Positions 1 to 9,701 are shown, numbered from the stretch's first letter. The stretch is DNA of 64,000 nt from Microcoleus sp. (GCA_052279835.1 CP181291.1:32001-96000), one strand, 5' to 3'. Made by a program: numbers and translations. The notes: generated by a model not told the origin, from the letters alone.

Positions 1-1
1 C

Positions 2-730
2 AGTGGCGCTTTAGTAACTCTCAAAGATAGCAATCTCTCCACCAACCTCATTATTGCTTTACTTCAGTACGGTCAGTACCGTCTTGGTTTTGACTTTGAC
101 CGCGCTTTCAAAGCCATCAAGCCTTTTGCGAGTCTTGTCGAACCGGAATTCATCTCAGAAATCAGCAGTCTCCGGCAAAAAAATAGGATAGCCCTGTTCA
201 AAGAAGTTTATTTCAAAGCTGTAATCAAACTAAAAAATCAGCAATATGCAGATTTTTTGGTGGATGTGTTCAGATTTCAAGAGGGGTTTCTTCGCTTTTT
301 GGTAGAAACTAAGCTGGGCTTTAATTTGCCGGAAAGAACTACAGAAATTCAACATTTTTGGTATCGACTCAAAGCTTTTGATGATGGAAACCTCCAACAT
401 TTTTTGAACAACTATACGCTCAAGAATGGTCAAGCACTTAGGTTTTTAGAAGGATTTCCCAGCCGGTTCGTGTTGATTGCAATTTTGGAATGCTATGAAC
501 CTGAGTTTGATAGCTTATTGAACCCCCTGGAAGAATTAAACGAATATTGCGAACAGCGCAATCGCTGCGTCCACAGTTTTGAAGGGGTTTCGGAACTAGA
601 AGATGCAGGGAAAATTCTTAAGATTTTGCGGGATATTTTGCGGCAAAAAACATCAGAATCAGACAAGAATCCCTTTAATGTTATTAACAGTAAAATCTGT
701 AATTTATTAACAGAGGTTTTGCAGAGTTAA
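2..730 (+). CDS. CRISPR-associated HEPN-domain effector (Csx1/Csm6-like), 5'-truncated by the window edge
   Basis: The frame is open from base 2 (SGALVTLKDS...YADFLVDVFRFQEG...). It has a C-terminal RxxxxH motif (RNRCVH) and lies upstream of csx18-cas1-cas2. The presumed CARF N-terminus is outside the window. Confidence 0.65.
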   Translation, partial: SGALVTLKDSNLSTNLIIALLQYGQYRLGFDFDRAFKAIKPFASLVEPEFISEISSLRQKNRIALFKEVYFKAVIKLKNQQYADFLVDVFRFQEGFLRFLVETKLGFNLPERTTEIQHFWYRLKAFDDGNLQHFLNNYTLKNGQALRFLEGFPSRFVLIAILECYEPEFDSLLNPLEELNEYCEQRNRCVHSFEGVSELEDAGKILKILRDILRQKTSESDKNPFNVINSKICNLLTEVLQS

Positions 731-814
731 TGCCAGATAAGTGGGAGTTAGTTCATTACGAACTGCAAAAATAAAAGCGATCGCCCGCCAAGAAATCTAC
801 CACTCTTTCACCGA

Positions 815-980
815 TCCGGCGGGGGTTAAAAACCCCCGTCTCATAGCGAAAGTCGGTTGAAACCGACTGCATAATTCTATCTATAAACTCCCCAGTCCTC
901 TTTAAGAGGACTTGAGCTTTGAGCCAGGGGTTTTTAACCCCTGGCGGACTTTGAACCTAGGTTTTAAACCCCAGGCCGCC
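815..980. repeat. Multi-hairpin REP/REPIN-like element
   Basis: Successive palindromes GGGGGTTAAAAACCCCC, AGTCGGTTGAAACCGACT, AGTCCTCTTTAAGAGGACT and CCAGGGGTTTTTAACCCCTGG, arranged as an inverted doublet. Confidence 0.7.
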
Positions 981-1065
981 TCATAAACTTAACTAAAATT
1001 TTCACCTTCACCCTGCATCTACAACCAAACTTTACCATCCATATTCAACCCAAAATAACACAACT

Positions 1066-1350
1066 ATGTACATCACATCCCGCGCATCCACAATCCGTAA
1101 CTTCTCCCTAGCCGCCGTCAACGGCACCATCACTCTCATCATCCTCTTAATCGCACCCCTGGGATTAGCCGCCGTAATTTCTAACACATTCCTAGTCACA
1201 GTAGCCACTTTTTTTGCATCCACCATCGCCGACCAAATTGTTCGCTACCTCCAACCTTCTCGCGCCCAAGAAATCCCGAATTCCTTAGATTCTAGCCCGG
1301 AATCTTCGCAAATCCTCCCACGCGATTCCCAAAGTTTAGAACGGAAATAA
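1066..1350 (+). CDS. csx18: CRISPR-associated membrane protein Csx18
   Basis: 94-aa hydrophobic protein (RNFSLAAVNGTITLIILLIAPLGLAAVISNT) directly upstream of cas1; resembles the cyanobacterial Csx18 family. Confidence 0.75.
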   Translation: MYITSRASTIRNFSLAAVNGTITLIILLIAPLGLAAVISNTFLVTVATFFASTIADQIVRYLQPSRAQEIPNSLDSSPESSQILPRDSQSLERK

Positions 1351-1375
1351 ATTGATCTATCTTGACCAAAATGCT

Positions 1376-1465
1376 GTAGGGGCGGGCGATTCCCTGAGCG
1401 TAGTCGAAGGGTTCACCAACAATATTTGAAACTCACCAACCATCTACATAAACCCGCCCCCACAC
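1376..1465. repeat. GTAG-type REP doublet with a nested CCCTGAGCGTAGTCGAAGGG unit
   Basis: GTAGGGGCGGG...CCCGCCCCCAC inverted ends; relatives at about 33266-33328 and 37314-37385. Confidence 0.55.
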
Positions 1466-1515
1466 AACCAATAATCTGCATCAACATTGACTTATCGGGA
1501 TTTGCGTCAAAACTA

Positions 1516-1745
1516 AAGAAACCGGGTTTTTATGGGGTTTTGGGTCGTGTAATGAATATTGTCGCAAAAACCTGGTTTCTGGGCTACCCGAAAATCTAAG
1601 AAACCGGGTTTTTATGGGGTTTTGGGTGGTGTAATGAATATTGTCGCAAAAACCCGGTTTCTGGCTACCCGAAAATCTAAGAAACCGGGTTTTTATGGGT
1701 TTTTAGGTGCTGTGACGAAGTATTTCGGAAAAAACCCGGTTTCTG
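1516..1745. repeat. Three tandem ~81-bp palindromic repeats (AGAAACCGGGTTTT...AAAAACCCGGTTTCT)
   Basis: Units start at 1516, 1598 and 1679. The same motif is dispersed at about 13760, 18972, 38370 and 38559. Confidence 0.85.
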
Positions 1746-1763
1746 ACTACCGAATAATTGCTT

Positions 1764-2753
1764 ATGCGTACCGTCTACGTTTCTCAACCTGGTTGTTACG
1801 TTTCCTTGCACCAAGAAATGTTGGTTATCAAAAAAGGGGAATCTGTGCTGGGTGAAATACAGCTTCCTCTCCTCGAACAACTGCTGATTTTTGGTAAGTC
1901 TCAAGTCACAACTCAAGCAATTAGGACTTGTCTGTGGCGGAATATTCCCATTGCCTATCTTTCGCGGATGGGTTACTGTTACGGGCGGATTCTTCCCATC
2001 GAACGCGGCTACCGACAACTCTCTCGCTATCAGCAACAGTTGTGTTTTGCTGAACGTTTGCAGGTGGCTAGACGGATTGTGCAGGCTAAGCTGAAAAATA
2101 GTCGCGTGATCCTCATGCGACAGCAGCGCCGACAAGCTTCTGATGTGATTGTTTTTGCCATTAACTGTTTGGAACATTTAATCAAAAAAGCTGGGGAAGC
2201 TGAAACTATTGAGAAGTTGATGGGGATGGAAGGTGCGGGGGCGGCTCAGTATTTTTCTGCTTTTGAAGAGTGTTTGAGCAATCCTGATTTTGTGTTTGTG
2301 GGTAGATCGCGCCGCCCTCCGGGTAATCCGGTTAATGCTATGCTGAGTTTTGGCTATCAGGTTCTCTGGAATCATTTGTTGAGTTTGATTGAGTTGCAAG
2401 GACTCGATCCGTATTCGGCTTGTTTGCATCAGGGAACTGAACGCCATGCGGCTTTGGCTTCGGATTTGATTGAGGAATTTCGGGCTCCAATTATTGATTC
2501 GTTAGTTACTTATTTAGTCAATCGCCGATTTGTGGATGCTGGCAATGATTTTGTCTATAGTAACGGCGGATGTTTCTTAAATGATTCTGGGAGGCGCAAA
2601 TACCTGAAAGCTTTTTTAGAGCGAATGGAGGAGGAAATTGAAACGGATTCTGGTAAACAACCTAAGTGGGATTTGCTGAACCAACAAATCAAAGCTTACA
2701 AACAGTTCGTTTACAACCCAACCGAGCTTTATAAACCTTACCAAATTCGCTAA
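1764..2753 (+). CDS. cas1: CRISPR-associated endonuclease Cas1 (no RT or Cas4 fusion)
   Basis: MRTVYVSQPG start; motifs EGAGAAQYF, RRPPGNPVNAMLSFGY and ALASDLIEEFRAPIIDSLV. Confidence 0.97.
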   Translation: MRTVYVSQPGCYVSLHQEMLVIKKGESVLGEIQLPLLEQLLIFGKSQVTTQAIRTCLWRNIPIAYLSRMGYCYGRILPIERGYRQLSRYQQQLCFAERLQVARRIVQAKLKNSRVILMRQQRRQASDVIVFAINCLEHLIKKAGEAETIEKLMGMEGAGAAQYFSAFEECLSNPDFVFVGRSRRPPGNPVNAMLSFGYQVLWNHLLSLIELQGLDPYSACLHQGTERHAALASDLIEEFRAPIIDSLVTYLVNRRFVDAGNDFVYSNGGCFLNDSGRRKYLKAFLERMEEEIETDSGKQPKWDLLNQQIKAYKQFVYNPTELYKPYQIR

Positions 2754-2756
2754 GCC

Positions 2757-3038
2757 GTGCTTTTTTATGTGGTGATTTACGATATTCCTGACAACAAACG
2801 GCGCTGTAAAGTGCATGATTTGTTGGAAGGTTACGGGACTTGGGTGCAGTATAGTGCTTTTGAGTGTGTACTCAGTCGAGCTAAGTTTGATGAATTAAGA
2901 TCGCGACTTGGGAAAAAGGTAAATCTGGAAGAGGATAGCATCCGGTTTTATCCGGTGTCGCGCCATACTTTGGGACAGGTGGAGGTTTTGGGAGTGGGAG
3001 CACCGGTGACAAAAGCACCTGGATCAGTGATTATTTAG
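2757..3038 (+). CDS. cas2: CRISPR-associated endoribonuclease Cas2
   Basis: Motifs YVVIYDIPDNKRR, WVQYSAFEC and DSIRFY; follows cas1. Confidence 0.97.
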   Translation: MLFYVVIYDIPDNKRRCKVHDLLEGYGTWVQYSAFECVLSRAKFDELRSRLGKKVNLEEDSIRFYPVSRHTLGQVEVLGVGAPVTKAPGSVII

Positions 3039-3225
3039 CTGGTGTTGCGAGGCTGGCGGTAAATTGGCTGAAACGTCATTTTTGTGTCGGGAGCCTCGCA
3101 GCATTACTGGGTAAGGGTTTCAGGATTTTTATTTAGCGGGCACAGGTGTGATTTCTAGAAAAAATTCCTGAGCCTCGCAAATGGCCTCTAGACATCTTGC
3201 GCTGTATGAGGTTTAATGTAGAGGA
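3039..3225 (+). promoter_or_regulatory. CRISPR leader
   Basis: Non-coding region between cas2 and the first repeat, with repeated AGCCTCGCA motifs. The degenerate repeat is at the far end of the array. Confidence 0.8.
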
Positions 3226-5401
3226 CTCCCCACTCGTTGGGGAAACTAATTGAATGGAAACGCTAAATATCTGTCCATTAAGTACTTCCATCCATCACTG
3301 CCTATATACTCCCCACTCGTTGGGGAAACTAATTGAATGGAAACTGGCAACGCCGCTTTCAAACCCGCTGACCGTCACAGCTCCCCACTCGTTGGGGAAA
3401 CTAATTGAATGGAAACTCTTGCAGAAGTACAATTTAAAATTAGTGGAAGTAATACCTCCCCACTCGTTGGGGAAACTAATTGAATGGAAACTCTATCTAC
3501 TACTCTTCCAACTGCTGAGGGTGGTAATTTTACCTCCCCACTCGTTGGGGAAACTAATTGAATGGAAACTCGAGACTTCATTTTTTCCGGCTTCTAACAT
3601 CGGTAGGATAGGCTCCCCACTCGTTGGGGAAACTAATTGAATGGAAACTTTGTGAGTAACGCTTTTAACGTTCTTCCGTGATTGATTTCTGATTTCTCCC
3701 CACTCGTTGGGGAAACTAATTGAATGGAAACACACATAACCCTAGCAATAGTAAAAGGATCGGTTTGAGACTCCCCACTCGTTGGGGAAACTAATTGAAT
3801 GGAAACTACCGGGCTTATCCTTCTTAGATAACCAGTTATGACCATCCCAGGTCTCCCCACTCGTTGGGGAAACTAATTGAATGGAAACTGTGCAGACTTC
3901 AGGGAGTCATACACGTCTACTACTCTTGAACCTCCCCACTCGTTGGGGAAACTAATTGAATGGAAACCCATTCTCTGTGGTGGTCGTGGTAGTTGTCTCA
4001 CCTCCCCACTCGTTGGGGAAACTAATTGAATGGAAACAAGTTATTATCGCCATGTTGATCAGCAAGGTTGTTGAAACTCCCCACTCGTTGGGGAAACTAA
4101 TTGAATGGAAACGTTACATCATTGGCATTCTTCGACGTGGTTAAAACAATCTCCCCACTCGTTGGGGAAACTAATTGAATGGAAACCGATCAAACTGCGG
4201 GTAAGCGCCTAAGATTCCATCACCAGTCAACTCCCCACTCGTTGGGGAAACTAATTGAATGGAAACCTTGCATTTTTTGAGCCCAGACAACCTCTCCCCG
4301 CAAGCGCCTCCCCACTCGTTGGGGAAACTAATTGAATGGAAACTTCATGATTTGATTGGTTTGATTGTTTTGTTTTGTCTCCCCACTCGTTGGGGAAACT
4401 AATTGAATGGAAACTTAAATTGGGGCACACTGATGCGCGTACAGATAGTCAACTCCCCACTCGTTGGGGAAACTAATTGAATGGAAACCATGAACTTATC
4501 TTGAAGCTCTTTCTTGATAGTGCCAAGCCTCCCCACTCGTTGGGGAAACTAATTGAATGGAAACTTCGCCATTGCTCCGAATGTAAAAGTTGCGGAGCGC
4601 TCCCTCCCCACTCGTTGGGGAAACTAATTGAATGGAAACGCAAAAACTGCATTAGGCAGAGCTGAATTAGTCAACACTTTAATCCTCCCCACTCGTTGGG
4701 GAAACTAATTGAATGGAAACATAGTACGTTAATCCCGCCCAAAACTTCTTAAGGTAGTCTCTCCCCACTCGTTGGGGAAACTAATTGAATGGAAACTAGC
4801 TGCGTAGTAAAGTAACCAATCACAGCTACTCAAGTCTCCCCACTCGTTGGGGAAACTAATTGAATGGAAACCAAATTAATCTCCTTATCTAGAAGACCTG
4901 CGTTCAGTTCGCGGACTCCCCACTCGTTGGGGAAACTAATTGAATGGAAACTGGCGGTTTTAGAAATAGCTTTCATTGGTTTTTGGTTACTCCCCACTCG
5001 TTGGGGAAACTAATTGAATGGAAACTCTAACAAGTCAGTAGTGGTTTCAGTGGTCATCTCCCCACTCGTTGGGGAAACTAATTGAATGGAAACTGCTAGA
5101 TTTAGAAAAACTAGATTGACTAAATTGGCTAACACCTCCCCACTCGTTGGGGAAACTAATTGAATGGAAACCTATTCATCTCAACGTTGCCAATAGCGTT
5201 AAGGAAAACCTCCCCACTCGTTGGGGAAACTAATTGAATGGAAACTCAAGCACAGGATGTAGTGCCAGTAAAGGATTGTCTTCAGGTTCTCCCCACTCGT
5301 TGGGGAAACTAATTGAATGGAAACAAATATGTTATAGGTTTGATTTTGAATTTGGTTTGTACCGCCTCCCCACTCGTTGGGGAAACTAATTGAATGGAAA
5401 A
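3226..5401 (+). CRISPR. CRISPR array: 29 x 36-bp repeat CTCCCCACTCGTTGGGGAAACTAATTGAATGGAAAC, 28 spacers of about 32-47 nt; probably type III
   Basis: Counted by hand. The last repeat ends GGAAAA instead of GGAAAC. Variable spacer length, no cas4 next to cas1, csx18 and a HEPN gene suggest type III. Confidence 0.97.
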
Positions 5402-5456
5402 TTTAAGTTGTACTATTTAACAGAATATTTTGTTTTGAGCTAATACTGAGGTACTT

Positions 5457-5600
5457 ATGGTTTCTAATTCTCTATTGTTTGGATTTTGCTATGTCGCTAC
5501 ACTTATCTTTTTTGCGATAACTGGTAACATACCTGCTGAGGTTATTGCTGTTATTCCTGGGGTGATGTATATCACATTCCGCTTTAAGAAGAATATTTGA
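5457..5600 (+). CDS. Small hydrophobic protein (47 aa, probably 2 TM)
   Basis: MVSNSLLFGFCYVATLIFFAITGNIPAEVIAVIPGVMYITFRFKKNI, preceded by GAGG; below the ORF-track cutoff. Confidence 0.5.
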   Translation: MVSNSLLFGFCYVATLIFFAITGNIPAEVIAVIPGVMYITFRFKKNI

Positions 5601-5646
5601 TGAATACAAACAATCTAGATCAACCCGCCCCACCCCACGCATAAAT

Positions 5647-7701
5647 TCAAACTATGATATCCGATCGATTTGCCGTCTCTGCCAGAATCTGCTTAATTTG
5701 GGTCGGAGTCAGATTCGGATTAGCCTGCAACATCAAAGCTACTACCCCAGCGATTTGGGGCACAGCCATGGAAGTACCCGCGAAATAACGATAAGGAATG
5801 CCCGGTACGGACAGGGGTACGGTGGAATAAATATCCCCTGAATCGGCTTTACCACCGTCACCTCCGGGAGCAATAAAATAATTAATTAATTCAGTTCCAG
5901 CCCGGTTAGAATAATCAGCAAACTGCTTGTTCCGCTCAATTGCACCGACAGCAATTCCAGCCTCATTAGCAAACCGAGCCGGATAATCTGCCTGGGGACG
6001 AGCATCATTTCCCGCAGCAGAAATCACGGTTACGCCCTTAGCTTCCGCCGCTCGAATCGCATTCAATTCTGGTTCGTTCAACTGTAAGCCACCCAAACTT
6101 ACATTAACTATCTTCGCCCCATTAGCAACTGCATAATTAATCGCAGCAATTTCATCCCTAATCCTTCCCGAACCGGATCTATCCAGTATTTTCAAAGGCA
6201 TAATCTTGGCAGTGGGAGCCACACCTGTCATCCCCACTCCATCCTTTTTCGCAGCTACTAAACCCGCTATATGAGTGCCGTGATTGTTATCATCCATGGG
6301 GTTATTATCGTTGTTCACAAAATCCCAGCCGCGGAAATCGTCCACTAAGCCATTCCCATCATCATCAATCCCGTTATTAGCTTTATTTCGACCCTGGGCA
6401 TCAATGCCGTTTTCCCCATTATTACTCCAAATATTCCCGGTCAAATCTGGGTGATTATAGTCAACTCCGCTGTCAATCACCGCTACCACAACTCCGTCTC
6501 CAGTTAACCCTTGGGCCCAAACTTCTGGGGCTTTAATTAAGTCTCTGCCCCAGTCGTCGCCGCCTAAGTCTGGAACATCAGGAAAAGTGGGACTGTTTCT
6601 GGCTTTAGCAACGGCGGCGGCGGCATTGACTAAACCAAATCCAAAACGAGAGTCAAAACCTTCTAAGTTGTTAAGATTGTTGGCAGAAATAGTGGTGGGT
6701 GTTGCCGACAGATTTAGGGTGAAGTTTGTATTGCCTTGGGATTGAGAAACTCGCACGTAGTAAGTTCCTGGTGCCAAAGCATTTAGTTGTAGGGATTTTG
6801 ATGATAAATTAGACTCTTGAGCAGAGGCAATAATATCTGTGAAGTCCACAGCATTGTCGCCATTAATGTCTTTGATTACGGTGAGGCCAACATCGGTATT
6901 CAAACCGTTGAGATTTAAGCTGAAGTCGCTAGTTACTGATAAGCTAAAGCGGTAAATATCGTCTGGTTGAGCGTTGCTAACTGAGTCGGTAATTGTTTGA
7001 GGGCTGCTGAGAGTGCCGATGTCGCGAGCTTGGCTGAGTTGGTTGCTCAATACGGGAGTTGCAGAGATGAATTTACCCGTGAGGTCTTGTGGCAATTTGT
7101 TGGTAACTACGCCTAGAATAGCACCGGATTGGCGAATTTTGATTATGGTATCGGAAATAGAAGGGCCGATCGCCTGTTGTTCGAGGATTAAGTCTGCTTC
7201 GGTAAGATTGTCAGTGAGTCCGATCGCATCCACTGAAGTATTAAAATCAGTAATTATGTCTGCCGCCATCAAATCCATGACTGCGGAATCGGTGCGGAAG
7301 ACAAAGGTATCGGAGCCCAACCCTCCTGTCAGGGTATCTTTGCCGCCATCGCCGATCAAAACGTCGGCACCTTTACCGCCGTTGAGTAAGTCAGTTCCTT
7401 TACCTCCCTGCAAGGTATCATTACCGGAGTCGCCGAAGAGGATGTCGTTACCGATACCGCCGTTGAGGATGTCATTGTCGGCACCACCGAAGAGTGTGTC
7501 GGAATTGGCTCCACCCAGGATTCTGTCGTTACCGTCATCACCGCTGAGGCGATCGGCATCTGACGCACCGACTACAAAATCGTTGCCGCCGAGAGCAAAT
7601 AGTCCATTTGGGTAAGGAGTTAAAAAGCCCGGTGTTAAAGTGAAACTATTGGGGCTATTATCTAAAAGATAGGAACGACCGTCAGGACTCGGGCCAGCCA
7701 T
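5647..7701 (-). CDS. S8 subtilisin-like serine peptidase with RTX Ca-binding repeats and a PPC-like domain
   Basis: GGxGxD repeats; catalytic motifs VAVIDSG, HGTHIAG and GTSMA. Confidence 0.93.
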   Translation of the reverse strand: MAGPSPDGRSYLLDNSPNSFTLTPGFLTPYPNGLFALGGNDFVVGASDADRLSGDDGNDRILGGANSDTLFGGADNDILNGGIGNDILFGDSGNDTLQGGKGTDLLNGGKGADVLIGDGGKDTLTGGLGSDTFVFRTDSAVMDLMAADIITDFNTSVDAIGLTDNLTEADLILEQQAIGPSISDTIIKIRQSGAILGVVTNKLPQDLTGKFISATPVLSNQLSQARDIGTLSSPQTITDSVSNAQPDDIYRFSLSVTSDFSLNLNGLNTDVGLTVIKDINGDNAVDFTDIIASAQESNLSSKSLQLNALAPGTYYVRVSQSQGNTNFTLNLSATPTTISANNLNNLEGFDSRFGFGLVNAAAAVAKARNSPTFPDVPDLGGDDWGRDLIKAPEVWAQGLTGDGVVVAVIDSGVDYNHPDLTGNIWSNNGENGIDAQGRNKANNGIDDDGNGLVDDFRGWDFVNNDNNPMDDNNHGTHIAGLVAAKKDGVGMTGVAPTAKIMPLKILDRSGSGRIRDEIAAINYAVANGAKIVNVSLGGLQLNEPELNAIRAAEAKGVTVISAAGNDARPQADYPARFANEAGIAVGAIERNKQFADYSNRAGTELINYFIAPGGDGGKADSGDIYSTVPLSVPGIPYRYFAGTSMAVPQIAGVVALMLQANPNLTPTQIKQILAETANRSDIIV

Positions 7702-7806
7702 AGAAAGATACTCCGTAATAATTGCGATCGATCTAAATTTTAAATTTAAAACATGAGATTGTGGTTAAGAAATCAATAATCCCAAATTCAAAATTGGTAT
7801 CAGAAA

Positions 7807-8853
7807 ATGGGAAACAAAAATTTACGTCTAATTCAGAACTTTTTCCAGGTGGCAAAATCGCGTCTCAAACCTTATTTACGCTATTGTATTTTGGGCGGGA
7901 CGTTTTTATTTATCGCCCAAGCTTTTGTCACTCACTGGCAAGAAGTGGCGAATATCCGAATTGCGGCTACGAGTTTTCCCTTATTGGCGATCGCCCTGGG
8001 CAGCACTTTATTTTCGCTAATTTTTGTTGGCTGGGTGTGGATGTTGATTTTGCGGGAATTTCGTCAACGTGTAAATGTGGCTTGGGCGATTCAAGTTTTT
8101 CTCAAAACTAATATTGCTAAGTATTTACCGGGAAATATTTGGCATTTTTGGGGTAGGATATTGGATGCCAAAAAAGCTGGTATTTCGCCGCAAGTTGCTA
8201 CTCTCAGCGTATTATTGGAACCGCTACTGATGGCTTCCGCAGGCGTTTTGATTGGGTTGATTAGTTTTGATAAAATCCATTGGTTTTTGCGGTTTGTGGG
8301 TTGTGCGGCTATTTTAACGGCGATTCATCCCCAAACTCTAAATCCGATTGTTCTATTTGTAGAGAAGTTGAAGTTAAAGAAGCAGGATGGGAAAAATTCA
8401 AATTCTGGGGTGTCGGCGGCTGAGGGACTGAATTTACCTACAGAGTCTAGCTCCAATATAGCGAAAATAACATCGAGTGTCAAGGCTAAACACAAAATAA
8501 ATTTACCAATTAAACGCTATCCTTTAGTACCGTTAATTGGACAAATGTGTTTTATCGGATTGCGGGGAAGCGGTTTTGTGTTAACTGTGATGGCTTTAAC
8601 GAGGGTGCCTTTGGGCTATATTCCGAATTTATTCGGTGCTTTTTGTTTTGCCTTTGTGGTGGGTTTAGTGGTTCCTGGTGCACCGGGAGGTATGGGAGTA
8701 TTTGAAGCTACGGCGATCGCGCTACTTGGCGATCGCTTTTCTACGGGTATAATTCTGAGTGCGGTGGCTTTGTATCGGATTATCAGTATTGTGGCGGATG
8801 TTTCGGGTGCTGCGTTGGCAAAAATTGATCGAAGGCGCGATCGGCTGATGTAG
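7807..8853 (+). CDS. UPF0104 / lysylphosphatidylglycerol synthase TM-domain (flippase-like) membrane protein
   Basis: Motifs KYLPGNIW and PGAPGGMGVFE; multiple TM segments. Confidence 0.8.
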   Translation: MGNKNLRLIQNFFQVAKSRLKPYLRYCILGGTFLFIAQAFVTHWQEVANIRIAATSFPLLAIALGSTLFSLIFVGWVWMLILREFRQRVNVAWAIQVFLKTNIAKYLPGNIWHFWGRILDAKKAGISPQVATLSVLLEPLLMASAGVLIGLISFDKIHWFLRFVGCAAILTAIHPQTLNPIVLFVEKLKLKKQDGKNSNSGVSAAEGLNLPTESSSNIAKITSSVKAKHKINLPIKRYPLVPLIGQMCFIGLRGSGFVLTVMALTRVPLGYIPNLFGAFCFAFVVGLVVPGAPGGMGVFEATAIALLGDRFSTGIILSAVALYRIISIVADVSGAALAKIDRRRDRLM

Positions 8854-9041
8854 GGGCAGTGGATGGTGAATGATATCAATTCAGGAGGTTGCACCGTCAA
8901 GATAGAGGAGACGGCTCTTGGAGTGTATCTAATCCAAAATAATATTGTAGGGACACGGCACGTGCAGTCTCCTAATTTCTTGGGCTACAATCAAACAAGA
9001 TTGTACTTAACTATTGAGCGATTTTAGTTTGGGATATCATT

Positions 9042-9353
9042 ATGCTATCAATAATTTATCCTCATATCGAGAAAGTAGCGGGTCAACCCGCACGGTTGCA
9101 GCGGATACCCCGCGTGCGGGTTGCTCAGATTGTCATGGATTATCTAGCTTATGGTTGGTCAGTGGAAGAAATGTGCCGCCAGCATCCTTATTTGATGCAG
9201 TCGGAGGCTCATGCAGCGATGGGTTATTACTTCGACTTTCAAGCTGAAATTGAGCAGGAGATTCGTGCAGAATGGGAGCAGGTACAACAGGAAAAATCTC
9301 TGCTTTCGCCTTCACCATTTTTCGTTAAAATGCGAGCTAAGGGATTGTTGTAA
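9042..9353 (+). CDS. DUF433 antitoxin-like protein
   Basis: GQPARL..RVRVAQIV..GWSVEEMCRQHPYL..AHAAMGYY. Confidence 0.85.
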   Translation: MLSIIYPHIEKVAGQPARLQRIPRVRVAQIVMDYLAYGWSVEEMCRQHPYLMQSEAHAAMGYYFDFQAEIEQEIRAEWEQVQQEKSLLSPSPFFVKMRAKGLL

Positions 9354-9701
9354 GTGGCAATTTCTCTATACATGGATGTTCATATTCCGCAAGCAATTAC
9401 CGAGCAGTTGCGTCGTCGTGGTGTGGATGTTTTGACTGCGATGGAAGATGGTTCTACAGAATTGCCAGATGACGAACTTTTGGAACGTGCCACTCAGTTA
9501 GGAAGAGTATTATTTACTCATGATATCCTTTTTAAGGCAATGGCTCAAGATTGGCAGCGTCAGGAAAAACAGTTTTCTGGCTTGATATTTGGACATCAGC
9601 TAGGCGGTACAATCGGACAGTTTGTTAAGGATTTGGAACTGATTGCTTTAGCTTCGGAATCTGATGAATGGATGAATGCTGTTGAGTATATTCCTTTGTA
9701 G
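9354..9701 (+). CDS. DUF5615 PIN-like toxin
   Basis: LYMDVHI..LRRRGVDV..DDELL..RVLFTHD; adjacent to DUF433. Confidence 0.85.
   Translation: MAISLYMDVHIPQAITEQLRRRGVDVLTAMEDGSTELPDDELLERATQLGRVLFTHDILFKAMAQDWQRQEKQFSGLIFGHQLGGTIGQFVKDLELIALASESDEWMNAVEYIPL

Noticed and set aside
1516..1745. Possible second mini-CRISPR array before cas1
   Set aside because: The intervening sequences are near-identical rather than unique spacers, and the motif is a dispersed repeat.
1559..1855. 98-aa ORF with KKPGF repeats
   Set aside because: It is a translation of the 81-bp palindromic repeats and overlaps cas1 out of frame.
1764..2753. RT-Cas1 or Cas4-Cas1 fusion
   Set aside because: The protein is about 330 aa with only Cas1 motifs; no YADD or Cys cluster.
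3492..3931. Spacers 4 and 9 share TCTACTACTCTT
   Set aside because: Only 12 low-complexity bases with unrelated flanks; probably chance.
3254..4665. ORFs on both strands within the CRISPR array
   Set aside because: They are translations of repeats and spacers (PHSLGKLIEWK / VSIQLVSPTSGE).
7013..7615. Long antisense ORFs (also 34141-34761, 25498-26028, 39124-39678, 37565-38059)
   Set aside because: They are shadows of well-supported genes on the other strand or in another frame.
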